DNA of 64,000 nt, taken from contig CANQZW010000001.1 in assembly GCA_947628435.1 (NCBI GenBank), forward strand, positions 12,013 to 76,012, written 5' to 3'. The position numbers were made by a program, and so were the translations under genes. Below are positions 27,319 through 36,151 of the stretch, in pieces (position 1 is the stretch's first letter; each line of letters begins with the position of its first letter). The DNA is from an uncultured Bacilli bacterium. Its GTDB lineage: Bacteria; Bacillota_I; Bacilli_A; RF39; UBA660. Under the pieces are notes generated by a model. That model had not been told where the DNA came from, searched no databases, and was given only the letters and a program-made list of their open reading frames with translations.

Positions 27319-28494
27319 TTATTCGTTTATTGGTGTATTTATTATATTTGGATCTGCTTTTTTGTAATCTGTTATATTTTCATATACCTTAAAAAAAACA
27401 TCCATTTTTATTTTACTATTAGTAGTAGAAAAATTCAAAGTTTTTTTACTTATTATGTACTCATCACTATCAAGTTTAGTTTTAATTTTATTTTCCGCAA
27501 CTACCATAGCCTTTTTTATGGCCTCGTTAGAAGTTAAAATTTGTTTTTTAACTTTTATTTTTCTTTGCTTTTGTAAACTTATTTCAAATGGGAAAATTTT
27601 TTCGCTTATTAATATTTTCTTTTTTTCTAAATAAGAATCAGTATAATTCTTTTTAAGCGCAATATTTTTATTCATAAACTTAATTATATAATTATTTTTT
27701 ATTTCGTTTAAATATTTAGTTTCTTTATAATATAATGGATATTCTATCTTAACATTATACCATGTTTCAGCATAAACTAATCCTTTGCTACATACTTGTC
27801 CTTTTACTGTATCATCTTTTATTATATCCCCAGAAACTATAATATCACCTTTTTGTACATAATCATTTTTCTTTTTTACTATAACTCCGGTAGACGCTTC
27901 AATTTTTTTTATTATTCCACTTTTTTTTGCAACAATATGCCTATTTTCCTCTTCTATTTTTTTAGGATTTATTTTTCTTTCTGTTACCTTTACTATTAAT
28001 TTACCACCCAATTTTTCTATTTCAAGCCATTCTATCTTATTTTTATTATTTTTTATAATTTTGTTTATAATATTTCTTCTTTTTTTAAAACTTGGAATAA
28101 AATAATATTGTTTTATATTATAAGCGTTTAACTGTTTTATTACTAAATTTCTTATTTTGCTATCATTATGTACTATTTCTAGAGTAAAACATACGTTAGA
28201 TATTATAAACAAAAATATAATTGATATGATAAAACAAATTATAAAAGAAAAATTATTTTTAATAAAATTAACATACTTAACAATGCCATAATATTTAATA
28301 ATACTTATATCATAAATGCTTGTTTTCGATGCTAATAAAAGATAATCATCATAAGAAATTCTTAGCACTATTTTATTATGGTTTATTTGTTTATACATAT
28401 CAAACTTTATTTTATTTACTACATAACGATTCATAAAAAGCATAGGATTTTTTCCGGTGATACATATTTTTACATAGCTATTATTCATTATCAT
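27319..28494 (-). CDS. yqfD: sporulation protein YqfD (stage IV)
   Basis: ~390-aa protein with a central TM, directly after yqfC and before phoH/ybeY-type genes as in Bacillus. Confidence 0.7.
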   Translation of the reverse strand: MIMNNSYVKICITGKNPMLFMNRYVVNKIKFDMYKQINHNKIVLRISYDDYLLLASKTSIYDISIIKYYGIVKYVNFIKNNFSFIICFIISIIFLFIISNVCFTLEIVHNDSKIRNLVIKQLNAYNIKQYYFIPSFKKRRNIINKIIKNNKNKIEWLEIEKLGGKLIVKVTERKINPKKIEEENRHIVAKKSGIIKKIEASTGVIVKKKNDYVQKGDIIVSGDIIKDDTVKGQVCSKGLVYAETWYNVKIEYPLYYKETKYLNEIKNNYIIKFMNKNIALKKNYTDSYLEKKKILISEKIFPFEISLQKQRKIKVKKQILTSNEAIKKAMVVAENKIKTKLDSDEYIISKKTLNFSTTNSKIKMDVFFKVYENITDYKKADPNIINTPINE

Positions 28495-28741
28495 AACCTA
28501 ATGATATTTTCTTTATTTGACCAGATATAATAATAAATTCTTTAAACATAGTTTCAATGGCTAAATTTTTTCCTTCAATAAGATACTTATTATTCTTTTT
28601 AGAAATTATTATTTTATCATTTGAAAAATGATCAATTTTATCATGGTAATATACTTTTACTTTTCCACCTATAATTTTTATTTCAAACTCGCCACACTCT
28701 ACGTAATCACCAAAAATCTTTTTGATATTCACATTTATCAC
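28481..28741 (-). CDS. yqfC: sporulation protein YqfC
   Basis: 86 aa, precedes yqfD with an overlapping stop and start. Confidence 0.65.
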   Translation of the reverse strand: MINVNIKKIFGDYVECGEFEIKIIGGKVKVYYHDKIDHFSNDKIIISKKNNKYLIEGKNLAIETMFKEFIIISGQIKKISLGYDNE

Positions 28742-28754
28742 CAGTTAATTTTAT

Positions 28755-28790
28755 GCAAAAAAAAAGTTACTATGTAAAATAGCAACTTAT
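28755..28790 (-). terminator. intrinsic terminator after rpsU
   Basis: AAGTTGCTA/TAGTAACTT hairpin followed by a T9 run. Confidence 0.55.
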
Positions 28791-28809
28791 AAATATGAGT
28801 AAAGAAAAA

Positions 28810-29010
28810 CTATGCGGCATTTTTTTCACGTTTTGCAGCCTTACGACTGTTTTTTATTGCTTCTTTTTTTGCGTTTCTTCTTTCAACTCCAGGTTTATCA
28901 AAAGCTTGCTTTTTCTTAACTTCTGAAGGGAGACCACTTTTTGCAACTTTTTGCTTAAATCTCTTTAACGCTGCATCAACGTTTCCGTTCTTAACTTGTA
29001 CGGTTATCAT
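28810..29010 (-). CDS. rpsU: 30S ribosomal protein S21
   Basis: MITVQVKNGNVDAALKRFKQKVAKSGL... Confidence 0.9.
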   Translation of the reverse strand: MITVQVKNGNVDAALKRFKQKVAKSGLPSEVKKKQAFDKPGVERRNAKKEAIKNSRKAAKREKNAA

Positions 29011-29099
29011 TTTTCTTTTCCCCCCTCTCCTTTTTACTAAAGTAATTATAACACCCGTTTTAAAATATGACAATATATTTTTGTTTATTTATAACAAAA

Positions 29100-29145
29100 A
29101 ATAGCATATTTTTAACAAAAAATGCTATTTTTTTATTAAAATCAG
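29100..29145. terminator. bidirectional intrinsic terminator between the bacteriocin locus and rpsU
   Basis: aaaaaatagcat-atttttaacaaaaa-atgctattttttt, an 11-bp stem. Confidence 0.7.
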
Positions 29146-29175
29146 CAAATAAATAGTTTACTTTAATACCATTTA

Positions 29176-29343
29176 TTAACCAATTGGGCAGGATCTACCA
29201 CTAATTAATCTTCTTAACCCGCTTCCAAGATATCTTCCAATATCTAAAAATGAATTAAAACCTTTTATTAAAGAGTTAATTAATGACGCTGATAAACTAG
29301 CACCTGCTTTTATACTTTTAGCCTCATTTTTTGATAATTTCAT
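29176..29343 (-). CDS. double-glycine-leader bacteriocin-like peptide 1 (55 aa)
   Basis: RBS AAAGGAGA. MKLSKNEAKSIKAG|ASLSASLINSLIKGFNSFLDIGRYLGSGLRRLISGRSCPIG. The leader fits the LSxxELxxIxGG consensus (Leu-12, Ser-11, Glu-8, Ile-4, Ala-Gly at -2/-1). Cationic amphipathic core. Confidence 0.7.
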   Translation of the reverse strand: MKLSKNEAKSIKAGASLSASLINSLIKGFNSFLDIGRYLGSGLRRLISGRSCPIG

Positions 29344-29356
29344 GTAATTCTCCTTT

Positions 29357-29497
29357 CTATCTGCATTTAAATGGTCTTGTAAAGCCATCTAATATTCCTA
29401 CCAAAAAAGTGATTCCTGTTATTATACCTGCTGCTATTAATCCCACAGACGCACCAGCTTTTATCGTTAAAGATTCTTCATATGATAACTTTTGCAT
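29357..29497 (-). CDS. double-glycine-leader bacteriocin-like peptide 2 (46 aa; not in the ORF track)
   Basis: RBS AAGGGGGAT. MQKLSYEESLTIKAG|ASVGLIAAGIITGITFLVGILDGFTRPFKCR. Leader paralogous to peptide 1. Hydrophobic core with GxxxG motifs. Confidence 0.65.
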   Translation of the reverse strand: MQKLSYEESLTIKAGASVGLIAAGIITGITFLVGILDGFTRPFKCR

Positions 29498-29506
29498 ATA
29501 TCCCCC

Positions 29507-31531
29507 TTATGATGATATTATTTTACCATTTTTAAACGTCATAATCTTATTAAAAAAATTAACGTTTGATTTTCTGTGAGTTATTAATATAATTGTTTTA
29601 TCTTTATAATTTTTCTTAATATTTTCTAATATCATTTTTTCATCTAAAACATCTAAACTACTTGTAGTTTCATCAAATATTATAAAATCACATTTAGTAT
29701 TTATAGCTTGTGCAATAGCGATTTTCCCTATTTGTCCGGTAGATAAATTTGAATTTGTATTATCTATTATATAATCATAATTAATATTATTTTTCCTTAA
29801 AACCTCATTAACACATGCGGTTTTAACAACCTTATTATCAAAAGGTTCACCTAAAAATATATTATCCTTAATACTTTCGTTGATAAGTCTTATTTTTTGG
29901 TCTACATATATAATTGAGTTTCTAAGCGTTGATTCATCTATCTGACATAAGTTTTTTTTATTAATATAAATACCATTACCATCATATCTTATTTGCTTAG
30001 TAAGTAATTTAAAAAGAGTTGTTTTTCCACTACCAGATGGTCCATTAATCATGATCCAATCGCCTTTATTAATTTCTAAGGAAACATCTTTTAAAATTTC
30101 TTTATCATTATAGTTATATTTTAAATTTTTAATACTTATATTATTTATTAAAATATTATCTTTAGTTTCTTTAATCTCATTATTTTTCATAACCTCATTT
30201 ATCCTATAATAGACGTTCTTAAAATCAATATAAAGTGGTAATAATTTATAAACTTCTAATACTGAATTTATTAACGAAGATTGTAATGAAAACAACAATA
30301 ATATATGAGTTAAGGATTCTTTTTTTAATAACAACAAAATAAGATTTAGGATGTAAAAGAAAGTAGTAAGAGTATTAATTAATAAATCCTTTTTTTGATG
30401 TGATGTTACAAATTCTTTATATTTTAATAAAATATTATTATACATTTTATCTATTTTATCTTTAAAATAATTTTCTTTAGATAAATTCTTAATAGTTAAA
30501 ATAAAATTAAAAGTATCCGTAAGTTTATTATTAAACTTCTCATTTAAATACTGCAAATCATATGACTTACTAATGTTTTTATTATAATAAAAATCGTTTA
30601 TTAAATAACTTATAAAAATAAATATAATACATATAATTGCAATTATCCAATTAATATAAGTTATTATAAACAAACTAAATAATACTAATAATATGTTTAA
30701 AATAACTATTTCAACGAAACTAAATATTGCATCTTTAATATAAGATAAATCATTAATTTTAGAAATTAACTCACCAGAACCATTTTTATGGTAAAACATG
30801 TGAGGAAGACTGATAATTTTATTAATTGTTGGAATTGTAATAAACTTATCAATAAATAACTGAAACTTAACCGAAAAAGAAGATTTAATATAGGTAAAGA
30901 AGTCCTTTAATATCCCTATTATAAAAAATATTACGATAGCTAAAATAATAACTAAATTACTCTTATTAGTACTTATAAAATTTATTATTAATGGAAAAAA
31001 GCATGAAAATAAAATATTAAGTAGTGTAAGCATAAAAGAAAGGAAAACAGACTTAATTATTATTTTCTTGTTTTTAAATATTAATTTAATAGGATTTTTT
31101 TTAGGCTCAAATTTAATTATTACTCCAGTATATTTTTTTAAAAAATCAGTTTTATCATAATACATTATCCTTCTTGCTGGATCAGCTACTAAAACTTTAT
31201 TTTTTAAAACTTTAATAACAACAACAAAATGTTGCCTTTCATTTTCTATTATGTGTGCAATAGAAGAACAGGGAATATCTTGTATTAATACCTTTTTATA
31301 TCCTTGTGCTTCAATACCTTTTTTCTTTGAAAGTTTAACAATATCATAAACACTTAATTCATCATCACCATTATAATTAAAATCTTTTTTTAATTCTTCT
31401 AACGATGTTTTTACACCTAAATTTTTTAATATCATTGTTAAACAAGCTAATCCACAGTCATTATATGATGTTTGATTTACAAAGCAATTTTCTTTTATTT
31501 TTATCATCTCCTCAGTTATATTGTTATACAT
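29507..31531 (-). CDS. peptidase-containing ABC transporter (C39 peptidase + 6TM + NBD), bacteriocin processing and export type
   Basis: N-terminal C39 domain with catalytic Cys (QTSYNDCGLACLTMIL), Walker A GPSGSGKTT, ABC signature LSTGQ, Walker B IIFDETTSSLD. Confidence 0.85.
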   Translation of the reverse strand: MYNNITEEMIKIKENCFVNQTSYNDCGLACLTMILKNLGVKTSLEELKKDFNYNGDDELSVYDIVKLSKKKGIEAQGYKKVLIQDIPCSSIAHIIENERQHFVVVIKVLKNKVLVADPARRIMYYDKTDFLKKYTGVIIKFEPKKNPIKLIFKNKKIIIKSVFLSFMLTLLNILFSCFFPLIINFISTNKSNLVIILAIVIFFIIGILKDFFTYIKSSFSVKFQLFIDKFITIPTINKIISLPHMFYHKNGSGELISKINDLSYIKDAIFSFVEIVILNILLVLFSLFIITYINWIIAIICIIFIFISYLINDFYYNKNISKSYDLQYLNEKFNNKLTDTFNFILTIKNLSKENYFKDKIDKMYNNILLKYKEFVTSHQKKDLLINTLTTFFYILNLILLLLKKESLTHILLLFSLQSSLINSVLEVYKLLPLYIDFKNVYYRINEVMKNNEIKETKDNILINNISIKNLKYNYNDKEILKDVSLEINKGDWIMINGPSGSGKTTLFKLLTKQIRYDGNGIYINKKNLCQIDESTLRNSIIYVDQKIRLINESIKDNIFLGEPFDNKVVKTACVNEVLRKNNINYDYIIDNTNSNLSTGQIGKIAIAQAINTKCDFIIFDETTSSLDVLDEKMILENIKKNYKDKTIILITHRKSNVNFFNKIMTFKNGKIISS

Positions 31532-31580
31532 TAATTATTAAAACCCTCGGATTTGATAAATTTTTTTAATTTTTTTAAAT

Positions 31581-31614
31581 AAAAAAAGTTATCCAAAGAT
31601 AACTTGTTATTTTT
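31581..31614 (-). terminator. intrinsic terminator downstream of tRNA-Arg
   Basis: aagttatc-tttg-gataactt followed by a T-run on the minus strand. Confidence 0.55.
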
Positions 31615-31617
31615 AAG

Positions 31618-31694
<77 letters not shown>

Positions 31695-31742
31695 ATTGAT
31701 TAGTTCTTGAAGAACAAATCAATTATAACAAAAAATAAATTA

Positions 31743-32699
31743 TTATTCAATATTTTTTATAACACTTTTTGTAATTCCCTTACCATCAACGTTAAACACT
31801 ATTTCATTAACATCATAATTTTCTCTTACCGATAATGAAATAGAATATATTACCTCTTCTAATATATTTTTAGTACTACTATCATCAAATAAAAAATCAT
31901 TGAAATTAAGGGTTAATACATCATCTTTTAAATCATAATCTAATAACTTAGTATTATAATTTAAAAAACTCATTAAATTAGTTTCATATATATGTGATGA
32001 TGTTAGTTCATCAATTATAATTTTTATCTTATCCCTATCATCGTTAGTCATTTTTGTTACTGGAACATAATAATAATTATTATTGTTTTCACTAACATAA
32101 TATATTGTAACAGCATTCACCTTTTTATAATCAGTTGCATCAAAAATAGTATTTATACCATCTTGCCTCTTAAAGGGTTGTAAAACGTTTTTTAAAGATT
32201 TTGATAAAGTTTTAAGTGGATCACCATTAATGTTAATATAAAGATTAGATACACCCTTTATTGATGTCAAATTAAACGTTAAAGCCTCTATTGCTTTTTG
32301 TTCTTGATTTTTAGGTAAATTATAAAACTCTTCAGATAAATCAATAGTAATGTCAGAATCTTTTATACTTACACTATTTACTTTAAGATCAGTTGGTAAT
32401 ATAGCTCTAAAACCATTAGGAATTTTTTGCTCGTATTTACCATCAATAACTAATAATTCAATTAATTTCTTTGCATATTCTTCTTTTGTTGCTGCACTAA
32501 TATCTATTTTGCATCTTGCTATATATCCATTTTTATCTAGTAAAAAAACCTCGTTTTTCTTTATGGTAGATATTGTCTTTACAACTTGATCATCTTCAAG
32601 TGAATATTCCTTTGAGGCTGGAAATAAAAGAAGTAATAAAAGTAATAAAAGCATACCTGTTGTTCTAAATATTTTATTATACGCAAATTTTCTTAGCAT
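31743..32699 (-). CDS. gerM: GerM-like germination/sporulation lipoprotein (two GerMN-type domains)
   Basis: Signal and lipobox-like N-terminus (LLLLLLFPASKEY), then two ~130-aa repeats resembling GerMN. Confidence 0.55.
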   Translation of the reverse strand: MLRKFAYNKIFRTTGMLLLLLLLLLFPASKEYSLEDDQVVKTISTIKKNEVFLLDKNGYIARCKIDISAATKEEYAKKLIELLVIDGKYEQKIPNGFRAILPTDLKVNSVSIKDSDITIDLSEEFYNLPKNQEQKAIEALTFNLTSIKGVSNLYININGDPLKTLSKSLKNVLQPFKRQDGINTIFDATDYKKVNAVTIYYVSENNNNYYYVPVTKMTNDDRDKIKIIIDELTSSHIYETNLMSFLNYNTKLLDYDLKDDVLTLNFNDFLFDDSSTKNILEEVIYSISLSVRENYDVNEIVFNVDGKGITKSVIKNIE

Positions 32700-32747
32700 A
32701 ACTACCTCCTTTACATTATATGAAAAAATCGCATTTAATATGCGATT

Positions 32748-32954
32748 TTATAAAGTAATCTCATTTAGTTTTATAAGTTCAATTACCGCACAAGCTCTTC
32801 CTTTAACACCAAGTTTTTGCATTACGTTAGATATGTGATTCCTAACAGTTTTTTCACTTATTCCAAGTTTTTGTGCTATTTCTTTTGTTGTTTTATTCGT
32901 TATAAGATAATCAAAGATTTCTTTTTCCCTTTTAGTTAGTATTGCCTTTCCCAT
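32748..32954 (-). CDS. gerE: GerE-like LuxR-family HTH transcription regulator (68 aa)
   Basis: LTKREKEIFDYLITNKTTKEIAQKLGISEKTVRNHISNVMQKLGV. It is a stand-alone LuxR HTH of GerE size. Confidence 0.65.
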   Translation of the reverse strand: MGKAILTKREKEIFDYLITNKTTKEIAQKLGISEKTVRNHISNVMQKLGVKGRACAVIELIKLNEITL

Positions 32955-33034
32955 ATTTTCCCCACTTTCTTATCATAAGAGGTATTTTAATATTTTTTCT
33001 ATATTATTTTATGAGTTAAGGCATAAAAAGGTAC

Positions 33035-33538
33035 TTAATTTTGAAATTTAACAGAAATGTACATCTTATTTTGATACTCTTCTTGAATAAGTCTCATTAC
33101 ATTATTAGCAAGAGAATAATCATGATCTTTTTTCTTTATTGTTACACTAATGTTATTTGAATCTATTTTAATAAATGAATCTAGCTTTAATTGTTTTTTT
33201 ATTTTTTTCTTTAATTCTTCTTCTTTTGCTTTTACATCATCTATTTCTTTAAGACCGTTATAAGCATTATTTTTTTCTTCAGTTGACGCTCCTTTATTAG
33301 TTAATATTTCATTATACTCCGCTGCAAGTGCTGCTCTTTCTTCATCTGATTCGACTTGAAGAGCAGTTAAAACATCAGACTGTTCTACACTTACTTTTGT
33401 AGTTGTTTTATTTTCTCGAGTATTTGTAGTATTTTTTGTTGTAGTTAAAAGTTCACTAGGCATCGTAATATAATACACGCTTAAAACTAATATTAAACTA
33501 AATAAAGTTAAAAACCATAATTTTTGTTTATTAATCAT
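33035..33538 (-). CDS. spoIIIAH: stage III sporulation protein AH-like (SpoIIIAH)
   Basis: KQKLWFLTLFSLILVLSVYYITMPSE matches B. subtilis SpoIIIAH KKQTVWLLTMLSLVVVLSVYYIMSPES. Similar size and C-terminal domain. Confidence 0.7.
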   Translation of the reverse strand: MINKQKLWFLTLFSLILVLSVYYITMPSELLTTTKNTTNTRENKTTTKVSVEQSDVLTALQVESDEERAALAAEYNEILTNKGASTEEKNNAYNGLKEIDDVKAKEEELKKKIKKQLKLDSFIKIDSNNISVTIKKKDHDYSLANNVMRLIQEEYQNKMYISVKFQN

Positions 33539-33609
33539 ATTATCCTCCAAATCTTTCTAATTAACTATATGTTAAACTTTTAAAAAAATGAATAAAAAAA
33601 AAGAAGTAA

Positions 33610-35013
33610 TTAATCTTCTTTTTTATCCGTTTTCATTATCGCATCTGCAAAAGGTAAAACATCATTTATTTTCTTATCTAATTCTTTTTGTTTTTCACCA
33701 ATTTCTTTTTCCTTTGCATTTAATTCTTCTTCAAACTTATCTAATTGTTCATGTTTATTATTTGAACTTTCGATCAAATCATTAACAAAAGTTTCATCTT
33801 CCTTTAACTTTCGTTTTTCTTCATTATATTTTTCAGTTCTTTCGTTTATAATTGCTAAACGTTTATTTAACCTAGAAATCATTTCTTCTACAATTTCTTT
33901 TTCATCAAATTCTGAGTTAAATGATTCAGTTTCTAAGGAAGGTGCTATTTGAGAAACATTTAAATATTCATTTTCGCTATTTTTTTCTTCAGTAGGCATA
34001 GTAACTACTGGTGATTTAGCGATTTTAAGAATTTCATCAACATCATACGTCTTTTTTATAGCTTCTTCTTTTTTTGGTTCATCCACTTCTATTGGAGAAA
34101 TACTAGGAATATCCATTAAAGATGACGCATCATCAGTTTTTTCATCAGAAATAATTGGAACCTCTGGTACGTTTATAACATCAGGTATAGCAGGGATTTC
34201 TGGAACGTCTGGAATAACTGGTATAGCATCTTTGTTTTCCTCATTTAAATTATAAGAAGAAGGCTCTAGCTCATCAGGTGTTAAAGGTACTTCTGGAATA
34301 TTTGGAATTTCAACATTTAAATTAGGATTAATTTCTGGCATGTATGGTTTAAATGAATCAGTATTCATATTATCATTAACATCAATGCTATTATTTGCAG
34401 AATCCATTATAGCATCAAGAAAGTTTTTTAAATAAAGATTACTAATTTCATTTAAAACTAAAGATATGTTATCATATAAACTATTTTTATACGAAACAAT
34501 TAAATCATCCAAGTTATTCTTAACACTTTGTTCTATTTTTAAATTAGATAAAAAATCATTAATACTATTTTCAATATCATCATTTAAATTATTTTCGTTT
34601 AAGAAACTAACTCTTTTAATATTTACTATCTGTAAATATTTATCATTTAATAAAGCTCTTAAATTTTCAATAAAATTATTTTTTTCTTCAACAGAGTTTA
34701 TATTAGACTGACTAATCTTATAATTTATTTTATCAACAAATTGTTCGTTTACTGTCTCAACGCTTCTTAAATCCTTAATAACATATGACTCGATAACTTT
34801 TGAAATAGGTTCAACTATTTTTTCTTTTGAAGATACAAGCGTACTTGAAAAGTCAATTGTATAATTAGAAAGTGTAACAATATCTCCTACTAAAGCAGTA
34901 GTTTTCTCATCGATGGTTTTATTTAAATTTCTTAGTTTAACACGATAAGCGTTATTATCTTCGCTAACTTTAGTTAAAACATCGCCTAACATTTTACTCA
35001 CCATCATTACCAC
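33610..35013 (-). CDS. hypothetical acidic coiled-coil protein with a Pro-rich PEVP/PDVP repeat tract
   Basis: 467 aa. N-terminal ~200-aa domain, then IPNIPEVPLTPDELEP...IPVIPDVPEIPAIPDVINVPEVPI repeats, then a C-terminal KE-rich coiled coil. Confidence 0.45.
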   Translation of the reverse strand: MVMMVSKMLGDVLTKVSEDNNAYRVKLRNLNKTIDEKTTALVGDIVTLSNYTIDFSSTLVSSKEKIVEPISKVIESYVIKDLRSVETVNEQFVDKINYKISQSNINSVEEKNNFIENLRALLNDKYLQIVNIKRVSFLNENNLNDDIENSINDFLSNLKIEQSVKNNLDDLIVSYKNSLYDNISLVLNEISNLYLKNFLDAIMDSANNSIDVNDNMNTDSFKPYMPEINPNLNVEIPNIPEVPLTPDELEPSSYNLNEENKDAIPVIPDVPEIPAIPDVINVPEVPIISDEKTDDASSLMDIPSISPIEVDEPKKEEAIKKTYDVDEILKIAKSPVVTMPTEEKNSENEYLNVSQIAPSLETESFNSEFDEKEIVEEMISRLNKRLAIINERTEKYNEEKRKLKEDETFVNDLIESSNNKHEQLDKFEEELNAKEKEIGEKQKELDKKINDVLPFADAIMKTDKKED

Positions 35014-36025
35014 CTTTCATATCAGATTCCTTAATTTTATTTAAACCATTTATAAGAGGCTTCATATTAAGGAAAATAACCTCTGCTTCAGATAATTTAG
35101 AATTTAACTCGACTTCCTTAGAATTTAATTCTAATTTTCTTTTTGACAAACTATTTTCTCTTTCTATATTAGACTCAATATTTTTATTAGTCATACTTAA
35201 ACGCTCATCAATGTCTTTTTTTCTTTTTTCTAATTCACTTTCTTTTCTAGATAATTTTTCTTCTTTAGTATTAAGGCTTAAAATCATTTTATTAAATAAT
35301 GTCATATCATCATATTTATCAAATTTATTTATGTCTTTATCATTTTTTTCTTCTTTAGTATTAGTGTTTAATAAGCTTTCGTTTTCCATCACTTTTTCAT
35401 CCCCTTTATTTTCTTTATTTAATTCTTTATCATTTTCTCTTAACTCATTTATTAAAATATCTAAATATTTTAAATCCGCATCATCAATCATCTTTTTTAA
35501 GTTGTTTTCTAATTCTTCTTTGGTATTATCTATTAAAGAACTTATAGCACTTGCTAAAAACGTGTTTTCTTTTATTAAATTTATGATGTTTTCATCTACG
35601 TACAAACGAAGTTCTTGTAAAATACTATAAAGATTAAGATCCTCAGTCATATTTAACTGATTTGAACTTTTATTAACATTAAGTTCTTTAACATAATTAG
35701 TTTTTAATTTATCAATTGTAATTTGATTATTAAAGTACTCCTCAACGTATGAATCATTTGTTATTTGAAGTGCAAGTGAATCAATAAAAAGCTTCCTTTT
35801 AATCTTTTTTATAATTGGAACTTTAATAATATCACTCGTATTATTTCTTATATCTTCCTCAGATAAATTAAATTGCATATCATTTATCATACTTGATAAT
35901 TCTTCAGCAAAATGATAAATACTCTCATCTATAACGTTAATTAAGGTTTTAGAAATAATATCATTATTTAAAGTGCTACACTTTAATAAAACTGCATTCT
36001 TGACCCTTTCAATTACGCCAATCAT
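34994..36025 (-). CDS. hypothetical coiled-coil protein; its stop overlaps the start of the next gene by 20 nt
   Basis: Start MIGVIERVK with RBS AAGGAGG. N-terminal ~200-aa domain plus a K/E-rich coiled-coil tail. Confidence 0.45.
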   Translation of the reverse strand: MIGVIERVKNAVLLKCSTLNNDIISKTLINVIDESIYHFAEELSSMINDMQFNLSEEDIRNNTSDIIKVPIIKKIKRKLFIDSLALQITNDSYVEEYFNNQITIDKLKTNYVKELNVNKSSNQLNMTEDLNLYSILQELRLYVDENIINLIKENTFLASAISSLIDNTKEELENNLKKMIDDADLKYLDILINELRENDKELNKENKGDEKVMENESLLNTNTKEEKNDKDINKFDKYDDMTLFNKMILSLNTKEEKLSRKESELEKRKKDIDERLSMTNKNIESNIERENSLSKRKLELNSKEVELNSKLSEAEVIFLNMKPLINGLNKIKESDMKGGNDGE

Positions 36026-36151
36026 AACTAGCCTCCTTACAAAAATAACCTTCCCCTTACAAATACGCAAAGCAAATTACTATCTTCACATATTCTAACT
36101 ATAAACATTCTATCACAAAAAAAGATAAATTTAAACAATAAATTTATCTTT

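Noticed and set aside
29331-29579. Plus-strand 82-aa ORF spanning the bacteriocin peptide region
   Set aside because: It is antisense to two minus-strand peptide genes that have strong RBSs, paralogous double-glycine leaders and a cognate C39 exporter. The plus-strand frame is incidental.
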